From contig CM074811.1 in NCBI GenBank assembly GCA_037447605.1, forward strand, positions 1,488,001 to 1,552,000: 64,000 nucleotides of DNA, in the 5' to 3' direction. The notes under the pieces were generated by a model. It was given only the letters and a program-made list of their open reading frames with translations, did no database searches and was not told the DNA's origin. The first letter of the stretch is position 1; each line of letters starts with the position of its first letter. The position numbers and the translations under genes were made by a program. Of the stretch, positions 1 through 9,139 are shown piece by piece. The DNA comes from Zygnema circumcarinatum SAG 698-1b. Taxonomy: Eukaryota > Plantae > Zygnematophyceae.

Positions 1-1
1 C

Positions 2-2617
2 ATCACCTTTCTTGATGATTGCTCAAGGAAAGTATGGGTGAAAACGCTCACCAAGAAATCGGAAGCTTTTCAGGCCTTCAAGGAGTGGCAGCTGCAGGCC
101 GAGAGGGAGACAGGGATGAAACTAAAAACTCTAAGGTCAGACAATGGTGGAGAGTACACTTCTCACCAGTTTAGAGATTACCTGAAGTCCCTCGGAGTGA
201 AACATGAGTTCACTGCCCCTTACTCTCCTCAAAGTAACGGAGCTGCTGAGAGGATGAATAGGACGCTAGGAGATATGGCAAGGACTATGCTGAATGAGTC
301 GCCATTTCCGCTATCGTTTTGGGCTGAGGCGATCACGGCGGCAGCGTATATTCGGAACAGGTGCCCTACATCTGTCTTGAAGGATAAAGTTCCGGAGGAA
401 GTGTGGACAGGCAAGAAGCCGACTGTTGAGCACTTTCGAGTTTGGGGCTCAAAGTGCTTTATTCACGTTCCAAAGCACAAGCAAGCGCAGAAGTTCAGTC
501 CTCGATCTGTGGAAGGATACTTCCTTGGCTACAATGAAGATAGCCAGACTTACCGGATCTGGAACCCAGTCACAAAGAAGGTGGAAAGGAGTCGTGACAT
601 AATTGTGCAAGAATTCCACAAGTATTCAGAGAAGCTGGATGGAGAGAAGGACGTGAACACGAGAAGGCTTGTGTTTCCATGGGTTCCAGAAGATTCAGGA
701 AGGGCTGAGGAAGCAGCATTACCACGGCCAGATATTCAGCATAGCCCACCGATGGAGCATGTCACTAATCCGCTAGATTCTGTACCTGAGGAGGGACCGC
801 TTGAGGAGGAAGCACCCGAGGAGGAGGAGCCATCAGCGGACTTGCAGGTGCAGCCAGCAAAGGAGTCAGGAGAGAGGCAAGGATTCACTCCAAACTATGA
901 GAACAGGAGTGATCGTCCAAGGAGGCAACCTGGTTGGTTGGCAGACTACCACCAACCACCATATTGGAAGGCAAAAAGGACGAAGAAGGTCAGAACACCT
1001 AGTGACTCAGCTGACTTTGCTGGCATTGCTGCGTGCATGATGGCTCATATTTCAGAACCTCAGAGTTATGCGGAAGCTTTGCAGGGTGAGGATGCTGAAA
1101 AGTGGAGGGCAGCAATAGATAGTGAGCTGAATAGTTTGAAAGTAAATGGAACCTGGAGATTGGAGGAGCTTCCTAAGGGTAGGAAGGCTATAGGCTGCAA
1201 ATGGGTGTTTAAGGTGAAGCGGAAGGCAGATGGGAGCGTAGATCGCTACAAGGCCAGGCTGGTTGCAAAGGGGTATAGCCAGAAAGAGGGCATTGATTAT
1301 TCGGAGACTTTTGCACCAGTGGTTAAGTTCAATTCCCTTAGATCACTCATTTCGATTGCAGCAGCGGAGAGAATGCATGTCCATCAACTTGATATAAAGA
1401 CTGCATTCCTCTATGGAGATCTAAGTGAGGAGATTTATATGGAGCAGCCGGAAGGCACAGTGGTGGAAGGACAAGAACATCTCGTATGCAGGCTGGTAAA
1501 GAGTCTTTACGGCCTCAAGCAAGCACCCCGGATTTGGTACCAGAAGATAGATGATCTTTTACGGAGGAATGGATACAAGCGGTTTGAGTCAGACCACTCC
1601 GTCTACAGTAAAGGTACCGGGAAGGAGCTGCTATACGTGGGCATTTACGTGGACGATCTGATCATTGTAAGTTCCTCCATGCAAAGCATTCAAAGTCTGA
1701 AGGATTTGATGAAGGAGAACTTCCAGATGACAGATTTAGGAGAGGCCCAATATCTGTTGGGAATTCAGCTCAAGAGGGGGCGAGATGGTAGTTTGTTCCT
1801 TTGCCAAGAGAAGTACGCTAAGGATGTCCTAGCGAAGTTCAGAATGGACAAGTGCACTCCATGCACAAGTCCCATGGATATGTCACAGAGGCTTTCAGAA
1901 TCCATGTCACCCCAGTCTCAAGAGGAGGCGAAGAAGATGGAGAATGTACCATACAGGTCTGCCATTGGAAGCCTGATGTACCTGATGATTGGCACGAGGC
2001 CAGATCTTGCTAAGGCGGTCAGCGCAGCCAGCAGGTACATGCAGTTCCCTGGGGAGCGGCATTGGGAGGCGGTGAAGAGAATATTCAGGTTTCTGAAGGG
2101 GACTGTGGACTATGGGATTAAGTTTGAGGCAGGGAGTGGAAGTCAAGTGTATGGTTATACGGATGCAGATTGGGGAGGGGATGTAGACACTGCTAGATCC
2201 ACCTCAGGATACGCATTTGTGAACAGCGGAGGAGTTGTGACTTGGAGCTCGAAGCTTCAAGATTCTGTGGCGCTTTCAAGCACTGAGGCGGAGTATATGG
2301 CAGCCTGCCATGCAGCCAAGGAGGCCGTCTGGCTGCAGCAATTCTTCGAAGAGTGTGAGCGGCCCCAACTCCCTTTGAGGCTGTTAACTGATAACCAGTC
2401 TTCTATGACTCTAATGCAGAATCCTGTTTTTCATAAGAGGTCAAAGCATATCAGGATTCAATATCACTTTGTCCGTGAACTTGTTGTTGAAGGAAGGATA
2501 GCTGTGGATTTTGTGCCTACAAAGGATCAAGCAGCTGACATGCTCACTAAGGGGGTCAATGGGGAGGCGCTGTGGAAGAACAGCATGCTTCTAGGATTGG
2601 GGCCTCTTAAGAACTAA
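2..2617 (+). CDS. Copia Pol polyprotein, C-terminal part, open with no stops
   Basis: The frame is open from base 2 (ITFLDDCSRKVW). It has the integrase motifs LDD, RSDNGGEY and NGAAERMNRTL, an SH3-like YFLGY...YRIWNP segment, RT motifs KARLVAKGY, LYGLKQAPR and YVDDL, and RNase H motifs YTDADW, STEAEY, DNQS and ADMLTK. Confidence 0.97.
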   Translation: MTFLDDCSRKVWVKTLTKKSEAFQAFKEWQLQAERETGMKLKTLRSDNGGEYTSHQFRDYLKSLGVKHEFTAPYSPQSNGAAERMNRTLGDMARTMLNESPFPLSFWAEAITAAAYIRNRCPTSVLKDKVPEEVWTGKKPTVEHFRVWGSKCFIHVPKHKQAQKFSPRSVEGYFLGYNEDSQTYRIWNPVTKKVERSRDIIVQEFHKYSEKLDGEKDVNTRRLVFPWVPEDSGRAEEAALPRPDIQHSPPMEHVTNPLDSVPEEGPLEEEAPEEEEPSADLQVQPAKESGERQGFTPNYENRSDRPRRQPGWLADYHQPPYWKAKRTKKVRTPSDSADFAGIAACMMAHISEPQSYAEALQGEDAEKWRAAIDSELNSLKVNGTWRLEELPKGRKAIGCKWVFKVKRKADGSVDRYKARLVAKGYSQKEGIDYSETFAPVVKFNSLRSLISIAAAERMHVHQLDIKTAFLYGDLSEEIYMEQPEGTVVEGQEHLVCRLVKSLYGLKQAPRIWYQKIDDLLRRNGYKRFESDHSVYSKGTGKELLYVGIYVDDLIIVSSSMQSIQSLKDLMKENFQMTDLGEAQYLLGIQLKRGRDGSLFLCQEKYAKDVLAKFRMDKCTPCTSPMDMSQRLSESMSPQSQEEAKKMENVPYRSAIGSLMYLMIGTRPDLAKAVSAASRYMQFPGERHWEAVKRIFRFLKGTVDYGIKFEAGSGSQVYGYTDADWGGDVDTARSTSGYAFVNSGGVVTWSSKLQDSVALSSTEAEYMAACHAAKEAVWLQQFFEECERPQLPLRLLTDNQSSMTLMQNPVFHKRSKHIRIQYHFVRELVVEGRIAVDFVPTKDQAADMLTKGVNGEALWKNSMLLGLGPLKN

Positions 2618-2633
2618 GTACCAAGAGGGGGAA

Positions 2634-3300
2634 TGTTAGTGAGTGGTACATAGTTCATGAAGAGCATGTAGTTGTTTCGGAGTCTAGTTCGCATGCTTGT
2701 CTAGGATCTACACATCAGGTGGAGCATGTGGCGCATTCCCTCGATTGGCCGTCGTGACAGCGCTGAGCGCCGGGTGGATTGGTCGTAGTTACGTGGCTGG
2801 AGGTGTGATTGTACGGACGGGGAGCTCCAGAAAACTCGCGGCGTTCCTTTTGCCGGAAAACTATTGGCTTGCAAGGCGCGCAGTGGCGTGACGTGACGGA
2901 GAGTGTTCCGGAAGTCACGTCACACTGTGACTAATAAATTACGATGCAAATGAGCGAGCTAAAACCCTTAGTGCAGGCTGCTAGGTGCAGAGTAGAGGCT
3001 TGCCAGTGTGTGGTGAAGCTTTACAGCATAAGGGGGACACTCTTGTAGTGGAGTAGAGAAGCGCAGGAGGGGCTCTTGTTGTGTTCTTGTACTCCGTTTT
3101 GAAGTTAAGAGTTTTTAGCATTTGTGCATTCTCTTATCTTCTGAATCTTCGATCTGTTCATTCATTCTTTGCTTGGGGCAGTCTGTGCTTTGTGAGTGTG
3201 ATTCTGTGTTTCCGCAAGGCTGGCGTCTCCTAGTCCAAGGAGTAGTGGGATGTCATCCTCGGAGGGATCTTCTACTAGGACCGGAGGCTCCACATCTACA
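2634..3300 (+). repeat. 3' LTR of the Copia element (about 667 bp, TG...CA)
   Basis: It starts with TG right after the polypurine tract and ends TCTACA at 3300, where the 27-bp array begins mid-unit. A 10-bp inverted repeat GTGACGTGAC/GTCACGTCAC lies at 2888-2923. The right end is inferred because the 5' LTR is outside the window. Confidence 0.75.
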
Positions 3301-3800
3301 CCGACCACTGAATCCAGGCGGGCAACCACCAGTTGTATGCAATGGCTGGCAACCGACCACTGAATTCAATGGCTGGCAACCACCGGTTGTCTGGAATGGC
3401 TGGCAACCAACCATAGAACCCAATGGCTGGCCATCAACCGTTGTAGGCAATGGCTGGCAACCGACCATTGAGTCCAATGGCTGGCAGTCAACCGTTTTAT
3501 GCTATGGCTGGCAACCGACCACTGAATCCAGGCGGGCAACCAACAGTTGTATGCAATGGCTGGCAACCGACCACTGAATCCAATGGCTGGCAACCACCGG
3601 TTGTATGCAATGGCTGGCAGCCGATTACTGAATCCAATGGCTGGCAACCACCGGTTGTTTGAAATGGCTGGCAACCGACCACTGAATCCAATGGCTGGTA
3701 ACTAACCATTTGTTCCAATGGCTGGCTTCCAACCATTGGTGCCAATTGCTGGACTTCAACCATCTGTTCCAATGGCTAGCAACTAACCATTGAAACCAAT
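3301..3800. repeat. 27-bp minisatellite, about 18.5 units, with an alternating 54-bp higher-order structure
   Basis: Units of AATGGCTGGCAACC plus 13 nt start at 3341, 3368, 3395, 3422, 3449, 3476, 3503, 3555, 3582, 3609, 3636, 3663, 3690, 3717, 3744 and 3771. Two 25-bp variants start at 3316 and 3530. Confidence 0.95.
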
Positions 3801-4629
3801 GCGCACCCCTCTCTGGAGGCGCGTGTCAGGTCACGTCACGCGCGTCAACCGTAAGGTCGGACTAGCCAATTAGAATCCACCAGGTGTCCCAGCAGCTGGC
3901 GGTCTCAGGACAGCCGTAAGCGGCCGTGCTGAAACGCCTGGCGGGAAACTTGTCGTTTGGGGCCAGGCGTCGCTGGCCCGGCTCGCCTCGGTCGGCGCCG
4001 GCCGGCGGAAAATATCGCCAGTAAATACCGATACGTATGCCCTATACGGCTATACAGTATGATTAGGGGGAGTCAGACCTTGACCATCGCCCGCGGAATT
4101 GCAAGATTTCGACCGCGGAATTGCAAGATTTCGACCGCGGAAAGGTATTGATTTCGATTTCCGAATTCGGATCGGAAACCACGGCTCCTCCCGAACCTGT
4201 CTGTCACGTCCGTACGGCGGAATAGGTTACAAAAATGCCCCCAAATTTCAGAATTCCGCGCTCCGAAACGGGGGGCCTCTGGAGGGCCCCCGTTTCGAAA
4301 TTCCAGCTTTCCGCCGATCAGGAATCGTGCCCCGCCTTGTCGCCATGCGCGTCACGCACGTGCGAGCGCCTCACCGCCGCCGCTCGGACGCCGCGACCCG
4401 CCGCAGCGCAGAGCAGCGTTTCAGGGCTGGCACAGCTATAGGGTTTCTCTTTCTCCCACCAACATCACCCACTTTGCGGCAACCACTTCCTCACGGACCT
4501 CATAAGCACCACGGGAGAGTGGTCAGCGAGAACGCGAAGTGACGACGGCGGAGTTGAGCAGCGGTAAGTCCTTGCCCTTGCACCTGCCCCTGCCTCCCTC
4601 GCCCTGGCCCATGCCTCCCTTGTCTCCCT

Positions 4630-4638
4630 TGCTGCTCT

Positions 4639-4675
<37 letters not shown>

Positions 4676-5055
4676 TTTTTTTTTGCTGCTTCTTTTTCTG
4701 CTGCTGTTGCTATTGCTGTGCTGCTGTTGCTCGTGCTGCTGTTGTTCCCCCTGCTGCTGTTGCTGCTACTGCTGCTGCTGGTGCTGGCTGCTGCTTCTGC
4801 TTCTGCTGTTGTTACTGCTGCTGCTTCTGCTGTTGCTACTGCTGCTGCTTCTTTTTCTGCTGCTGCTGCTACTACTGCTGTTGTTGTTGCTGTTGGTGGT
4901 GGTGCTGCTGCTACTACTGCTGTTGTTGTTGCTGTTGGTGCTGCTGCTGCTGCTGCTGCTTCTGCTTTTGCTGTTGCTCTTATTGTTCTGTTTTTTTTGC
5001 TGCTGCTTTTTCTACTGCTGTTGCTCCTATTGCTTCTGCTTCTTTTTCTGCTGCT
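4630..5055. repeat. (CTG/TTG)n trinucleotide low-complexity tract
   Basis: Directly visible. It explains the poly-Leu, poly-Ala and poly-Cys ORFs in the track. Confidence 0.95.
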
Positions 5056-5267
5056 GCATTCCGCATTCCCCATTCCGCATTTCCCATTCCGCATTCGGCA
5101 TTCCGCATTCCGCATTCTGCCTCCCTTGCACCTGCTCCAGCCTCCCTTGCCTTTGCCCCTTGTTGTGTTGCCCTTGCCTCTGTCTTCCTTGCCTTGTGCC
5201 CCTCGTTCCTTTGCTTATGCTTCTGTTGTGTGTATGATTGTATGTCATTCCTCCCTCTCCCTATTAA

Positions 5268-5338
5268 GTTGAAGTGGCGAATTGGTTACGCAACTGTTGC
5301 AAAACAGTAATAAAGGGGTTCAAATCCCCTCTTCAACT
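5268..5338 (+). tRNA. tRNA-Cys(GCA)-like cloverleaf, copy 1, with a non-canonical anticodon loop; function unproven
   Basis: Acceptor stem GTTGAAG/CTTCAAC is 7/7 paired. U8 is present. The D arm is GCG-AATTGGTTA-CGC, the anticodon arm ACTGT-TGCAAA-ACAGT, the variable loop AATAA, and the T arm AGGGG-TTCAAAT-CCCCT (5/5). The discriminator is T and T-runs follow downstream. Confidence 0.6.
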
Positions 5339-5710
5339 TGTAGTGTTTATTCACTTTTCTATTTTTATTTATTTAAACTTTTTGTGTTTTGGCTTCATAT
5401 GCCAAATATTTGTTGTTATTTTTTTTTAGTTGTTTTTATTCTATCTATCTATTCTTTATTCTATATTTTATCCTATCTGCTGCGGCTGTTGCTCTTGCTG
5501 CTGTTGCAGCATTCATTTTTTTTGTTTTTGATGCTGCATTTTGCAATACGCATTTTGCCTCCCTTGCACCTGCCCCAGCCTCCTTTGCCTTTGCCCCTTG
5601 TTGTGTTGCCCTTGCCTTTGTCTTCTTTGCCTTTGCTTGTGCCCCTCATTCCTTTGCTTATGCTATTGTTGTGTGTATGATTGTATGTCATTCCTCCCTC
5701 TCCCCATTAA

Positions 5711-5789
5711 GTCAAAGTGGCGAATTGGTTACGCAACTGTTGCAAAACATTGCAACAGTAATAAAGGGGTTCAAATCCCCACTTCAACT
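5711..5789 (+). tRNA. tRNA-like cloverleaf, copy 2, with an 8-nt longer anticodon arm (possible 9-nt intron) and a damaged acceptor stem
   Basis: GTCAAAG/CTTCAAC pairs 5/7. The D loop and T loop match copy 1. The anticodon arm ACTGTTGCAA-AACA-TTGCAACAGT forms a perfect 10-bp stem. Confidence 0.45.
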
Positions 5790-5968
5790 TGTAGTGTTTT
5801 TTTATTCTTGTATTTTTATTTATTTAAAGTTTTTGTGTTTTTGCTTTATATGCCAAACATTTGTTGGTATTTTTTTTAGTTGTTGTTATTGCTTTTTACC
5901 ATCTCCTTCAAAACTTTGAATTGGGTTGTTGTTGTAGCGCAATTTAGAACATTGGATACGCTTCTCCC

Positions 5969-6166
5969 ATGAATGTACACATGAAACACAAAGTAATGGC
6001 TTGTGTGGAATCTCAAGTGAAGATGCAACGACAAAGACTGGAGTGGGAGAAACAACAATGAGAGTTTACTGAGGCAAGGCGAATCCAAGATGAAGAAGAA
6101 GAACAAATATTACAAATATAAGATTCTCAAGAAGAACAAAGGTTACACATTATTGGAGCAGCGTAA
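5969..6166 (+). pseudogene. Decayed coiled-coil ORF fragment, possibly the C-terminus of a transposon accessory protein
   Basis: It reads MNVHMKHKVMACVESQVKMQRQRLEWEKQQ*EFTEARRIQDEEEEQILQI*DSQEEQRLHIIGAA*. The two internal stops (TGA, TAA) are each one C>T change from CGA and CAA. An acceptor-like GTTGTAG lies upstream at 5931-5937. Confidence 0.45.
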
Positions 6167-6499
6167 AAAATCTATTACTGTTAAAACATGATATTATTTG
6201 CATTTAGAATCGCTTAAAATAGAATACAGGAGTACTCATAAAAGTGTGTGCACAAAGAGAGGGAGGGAAGGAGGCCAGGGGGGGGTGTCTTAGTGACGCC
6301 AGTACTTACTAAATTGAGAATGAATGGCACAAGTTTTTATAACAAGACATGGTTTTTATTTTGTATACAAAAAGTATTTTTATATATGTTTGTGTGTATG
6401 TATATATGTGTATGAATTATTTGCGTTAATGTGTTTTTATAAGAACAAAGAAAGAGTAGTAGTTGTGTATGCTACAAGGAAGATTCAGAAACATTTATA

Positions 6500-6920
6500 C
6501 AATCTCATCAATTGAAACAAATAAAGGTAAAAAGCAAAAAAGACAACAAAAAAATAACAACAAATATTTGACATATGAAGCAAAAACACAAAAACTATAA
6601 ATGAATAAAAATAGAATAAACACTACAAGTCGAAGAGGGAATTTGAACCCTTTTATTACTGTTTCGCAATCGTTGCGTAACCAATCCACCACTTCAACTT
6701 AATTGGAAGGGGAGGAATAACATACACTCATACACAACACAAGCATAGGCAAAGGAACTGGAGGCGGTAGACTGAGGCAAGGGAGGCAAAATGCAGAATG
6801 CAGAATGCGGAATGCGGAATGCTGAATAGGGAATGCGGAATGCAGAATGTAGCAGCAAAAAAAAAAGCATGCTGCAACAGCAATAGCAGTTCAGCGATAG
6901 CAGCAATAGTTGTTTTTATA
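6500..6920 (-). repeat. Third, inverted and more diverged copy of the ~430-bp unit
   Basis: The reverse complement reproduces (GCATTCC)n, the CT-rich segment, the cloverleaf and the T-rich tail. Confidence 0.9.
6628..6698 (-). tRNA. tRNA-like cloverleaf, copy 3, degenerate
   Basis: The reverse complement reads GTTGAAG TG GTGGATTGGTTACGC A ACGATTGCGAAACAGT AATAA AAGGGTTCAAATTCCCT CTTCGAC T. Confidence 0.4.
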
Positions 6921-7002
6921 ACAAGAGAAAAACCTGTTTTTTTTTTTTTTTATGAGCGCGCGCGGATTCGTAGGGAGAGAGAGAGAGAGAGAGAGAGAGA
7001 GG

Positions 7003-9139
7003 AATATTTTGTCTGCCCGCCCCGCCGTGAAGCGATTTTTGAGTTCGAACTCGGGCGGAGAGTGAGATCAGCCCATGTGGACTCCACCGACAAATTCCAA
7101 AACGACAAGTAAATGTACAATCATTCGTACACATGTACCCGCGAGTTGCCCGAGCCAGCTGGCGCGTCCCCAGTGGTCGGTGTGGGATGGGGTAGGGGCC
7201 CTGAAATTTTCCCTGCCCGCCACTGGCATCCCCGGAGGGGCGACAATTCGGCCTGCGATTAGGGTTGGGAGGAGCTTTCTTCCCTCTCTCCCTCTGCCTC
7301 TTCCGCAGGCAGGCAGGCAGCCAGCCAGCCATGGCGCAGGCCTGCGCAAGTCTCCTTCGTCGCCGGGGATTTGAATTTGAATGGCATGTGTAGTAAGGAT
7401 GTTTTAGTTCAGGGTAGGGGGAAGAATGCAGAATATGTAGGATTGAGGCATGGAAAGGGGGAGTGGGAGTGGGAGATAGCGTTGGTGTGAGAGAGGAGTG
7501 GGTTTGGAGGGAAAGGGAAAGCAGAATGGCGTCGAGAGGCTCGGGAGTGGAGACTCTGAAGGAGAGGCGCGTGGAGGACATGGCTTCGAAGGAGGCTGCA
7601 GCGAAGTTCAACTCTGCTGCGGCTTTCGTGGAGTCGGGAGTGCAGGAGGTCTATGAAGATGCCTGCAGTATTTGTCTGGAAACGTTCACAGAAGAGGAGC
7701 CGCTCACTGTAAGTTCGAAGGTCCTTTTAGATAGCTACATGATGGGAGTGATTTGCTCGTAACATGTGGTCATCGTTTCTAGCGTATGAGTTAGTGGGTA
7801 CTGATGCTCTGGATAGTTATCTGGCTCAAGGGTTTGTGCAAGCAGGCGATAATGCTTCTTGGGTTGTGGAAACCTTATGGAATTGAGAAGTGTTTGGGCT
7901 TACGTGGGCGCCATGTTTGGCAGTCGGTGCTGATGCAAAATTAGTACAGTGACTCGGTTCAAACGCTTTTGAACGGAATTTTGGTTATGTCTAACATCTC
8001 TGAAAGGTCGTTCTCGCCACTTTTCGTTTCTTTGCAGCTGACGACTTGCAACCACGATTACCACCTACAATGCATTTTAGAATGGTGAGAGCAGCATATC
8101 TCTGGAGGGTTGTGCGTTGTTAGTATGTGTCCATGATTATTTTTTGGATTGATACTTTCGGAGGTTCTAGAAATTTATGCACCACGCATAAATTTCTTTC
8201 AATCATTATCACTGTCACTTCAGTTGTTCTTTTTTATTTCATTTCATATTGTTATGCTTACCTCATCTCAACGAGTCGACTTTAGCGGAAAGTAGACCCG
8301 CAGTTTCGAACTGGTTTGAACGGCGTACTGAGGGTGGGAGGTGGTCGGGAATGACCTTTTAATTTTTTATTTTGTGTGCCTGGTTTTGTATGCCATGGCG
8401 GTCGACCTACTGAACATATTCTAGCATCAGTAGAGACAGCATCAAGTAATGTTTGAAGGACAGAAATGCTAGCGTTTTTTTCTGCAGGCAGACGCTTGTT
8501 CTGCTGTGTACTGAAGTGTTTAGATTATCTACATCAATATAGCGAAAGGAATTGACTGGAAGGGAGTGTCATTACGCTTTACTGTATTGCATCGTGTACT
8601 TCTCGTGGTTAGGTAATGAAAGTGGGGCACCCCTAAAGACGTGGTCTGCATGACAAGGGTTAGCTGTGATTCTGGCGGCACTTCGCTGCTTCACATACTT
8701 CCTCGTTTGAAGCGTTATTCTTTTGCTTGTGGTGGATTTCAGGGCAAAGCGGGGACAGGAATGCCCTATGTGCTGGCAGCCCCTCAGTCTGAAGGACCCT
8801 GAGAGGTATGTTGAACTTGAACCTGCGCAGAATCAGTGCGTTTCTTTGTGGTGCAGAATTACGATGCAGCCATAGTTTGCGAGTCCAGACTGGTCAGACA
8901 TAACGAGCAATTCAGCGTTGTTGCTGTTGCAAAATCGGAGCAGTTCAAGCCATTCTTGTTCGTTCGCTTTATTATTTAGTTGACTGTGTCCCCATTTTTG
9001 TTTCGGCGTGTTTTTGCAGTCAAGAGCTACTCGCCGCTTGCTTCCAAGAGCAGGCCTTTCATGCAAGTTCTGTATATACACCTCCGTTTATGCGCTCGCC
9101 ATTTGAGGAGTTCGAGTTTCAGCCCAAAGTGCGATTCAA
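7003..9139 (+). repeat. Segmental duplicate of 10847-13052 (promoter and exons 1-4 of the RING-H2 gene)
   Basis: Exons and introns 1-3 are near-identical by eye. Similarity ends just after GTGCGATTCAAC in both copies. Confidence 0.95.

Larger units (their letters stand above)
1..3300 (+). mobile_element. Ty1/Copia LTR retrotransposon, 5'-truncated by the window edge (integrase-RT-RNase H, polypurine tract, 3' LTR)
   Basis: The domain order IN-RT-RH is Copia-type. The purine tract AAGAGGGGGAA (2623-2633) is immediately followed by TGTTAG at 2634. Confidence 0.97.
5055..5915 (+). repeat. Two direct copies of a ~430-bp unit: CT-rich segment, tRNA-like cloverleaf, T-rich tail; the (GCATTCC)n lead-in of the first copy is reduced in the second
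   Basis: About 5120-5450 aligns with about 5560-5890, for example TGTGTATGATTGTATGTCATTCCTCCCTCTCCC and GTGGCGAATTGGTTACGCAACTGTTGCAAAACA in both copies. Confidence 0.92.
4066..6920. mobile_element. Probable decayed PIF/Harbinger-like DNA transposon block; only the left TIR is found
   Basis: TTA followed by GGGGGAGTCAGAC at 4063-4078 matches the TIR of the MITE at 28510-28641. Subterminal features are a 22-bp direct repeat (4091-4134) and a hairpin (4264-4297). A decayed coiled-coil ORF lies at 5969-6166. The right boundary is uncertain. Confidence 0.45.

Noticed and set aside
3301-3800. CRISPR-like repeat-spacer array, or a protein with NGWQP nonapeptide repeats
   Set aside because: The variable parts are only 13 nt and recur alternately. 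There are no cas genes and the context is eukaryotic. The peptide frame is broken by 25-bp units and stops.
4465-5272. Long poly-Leu, poly-Ala and poly-Ser ORFs on both strands
   Set aside because: They are by-products of CTG/TTG repeats that lack stop codons.
5268-5338. Selenocysteine or suppressor tRNA
   Set aside because: There is no TCA or CTA anticodon, no long variable arm, and the acceptor stem is a normal 7 bp.
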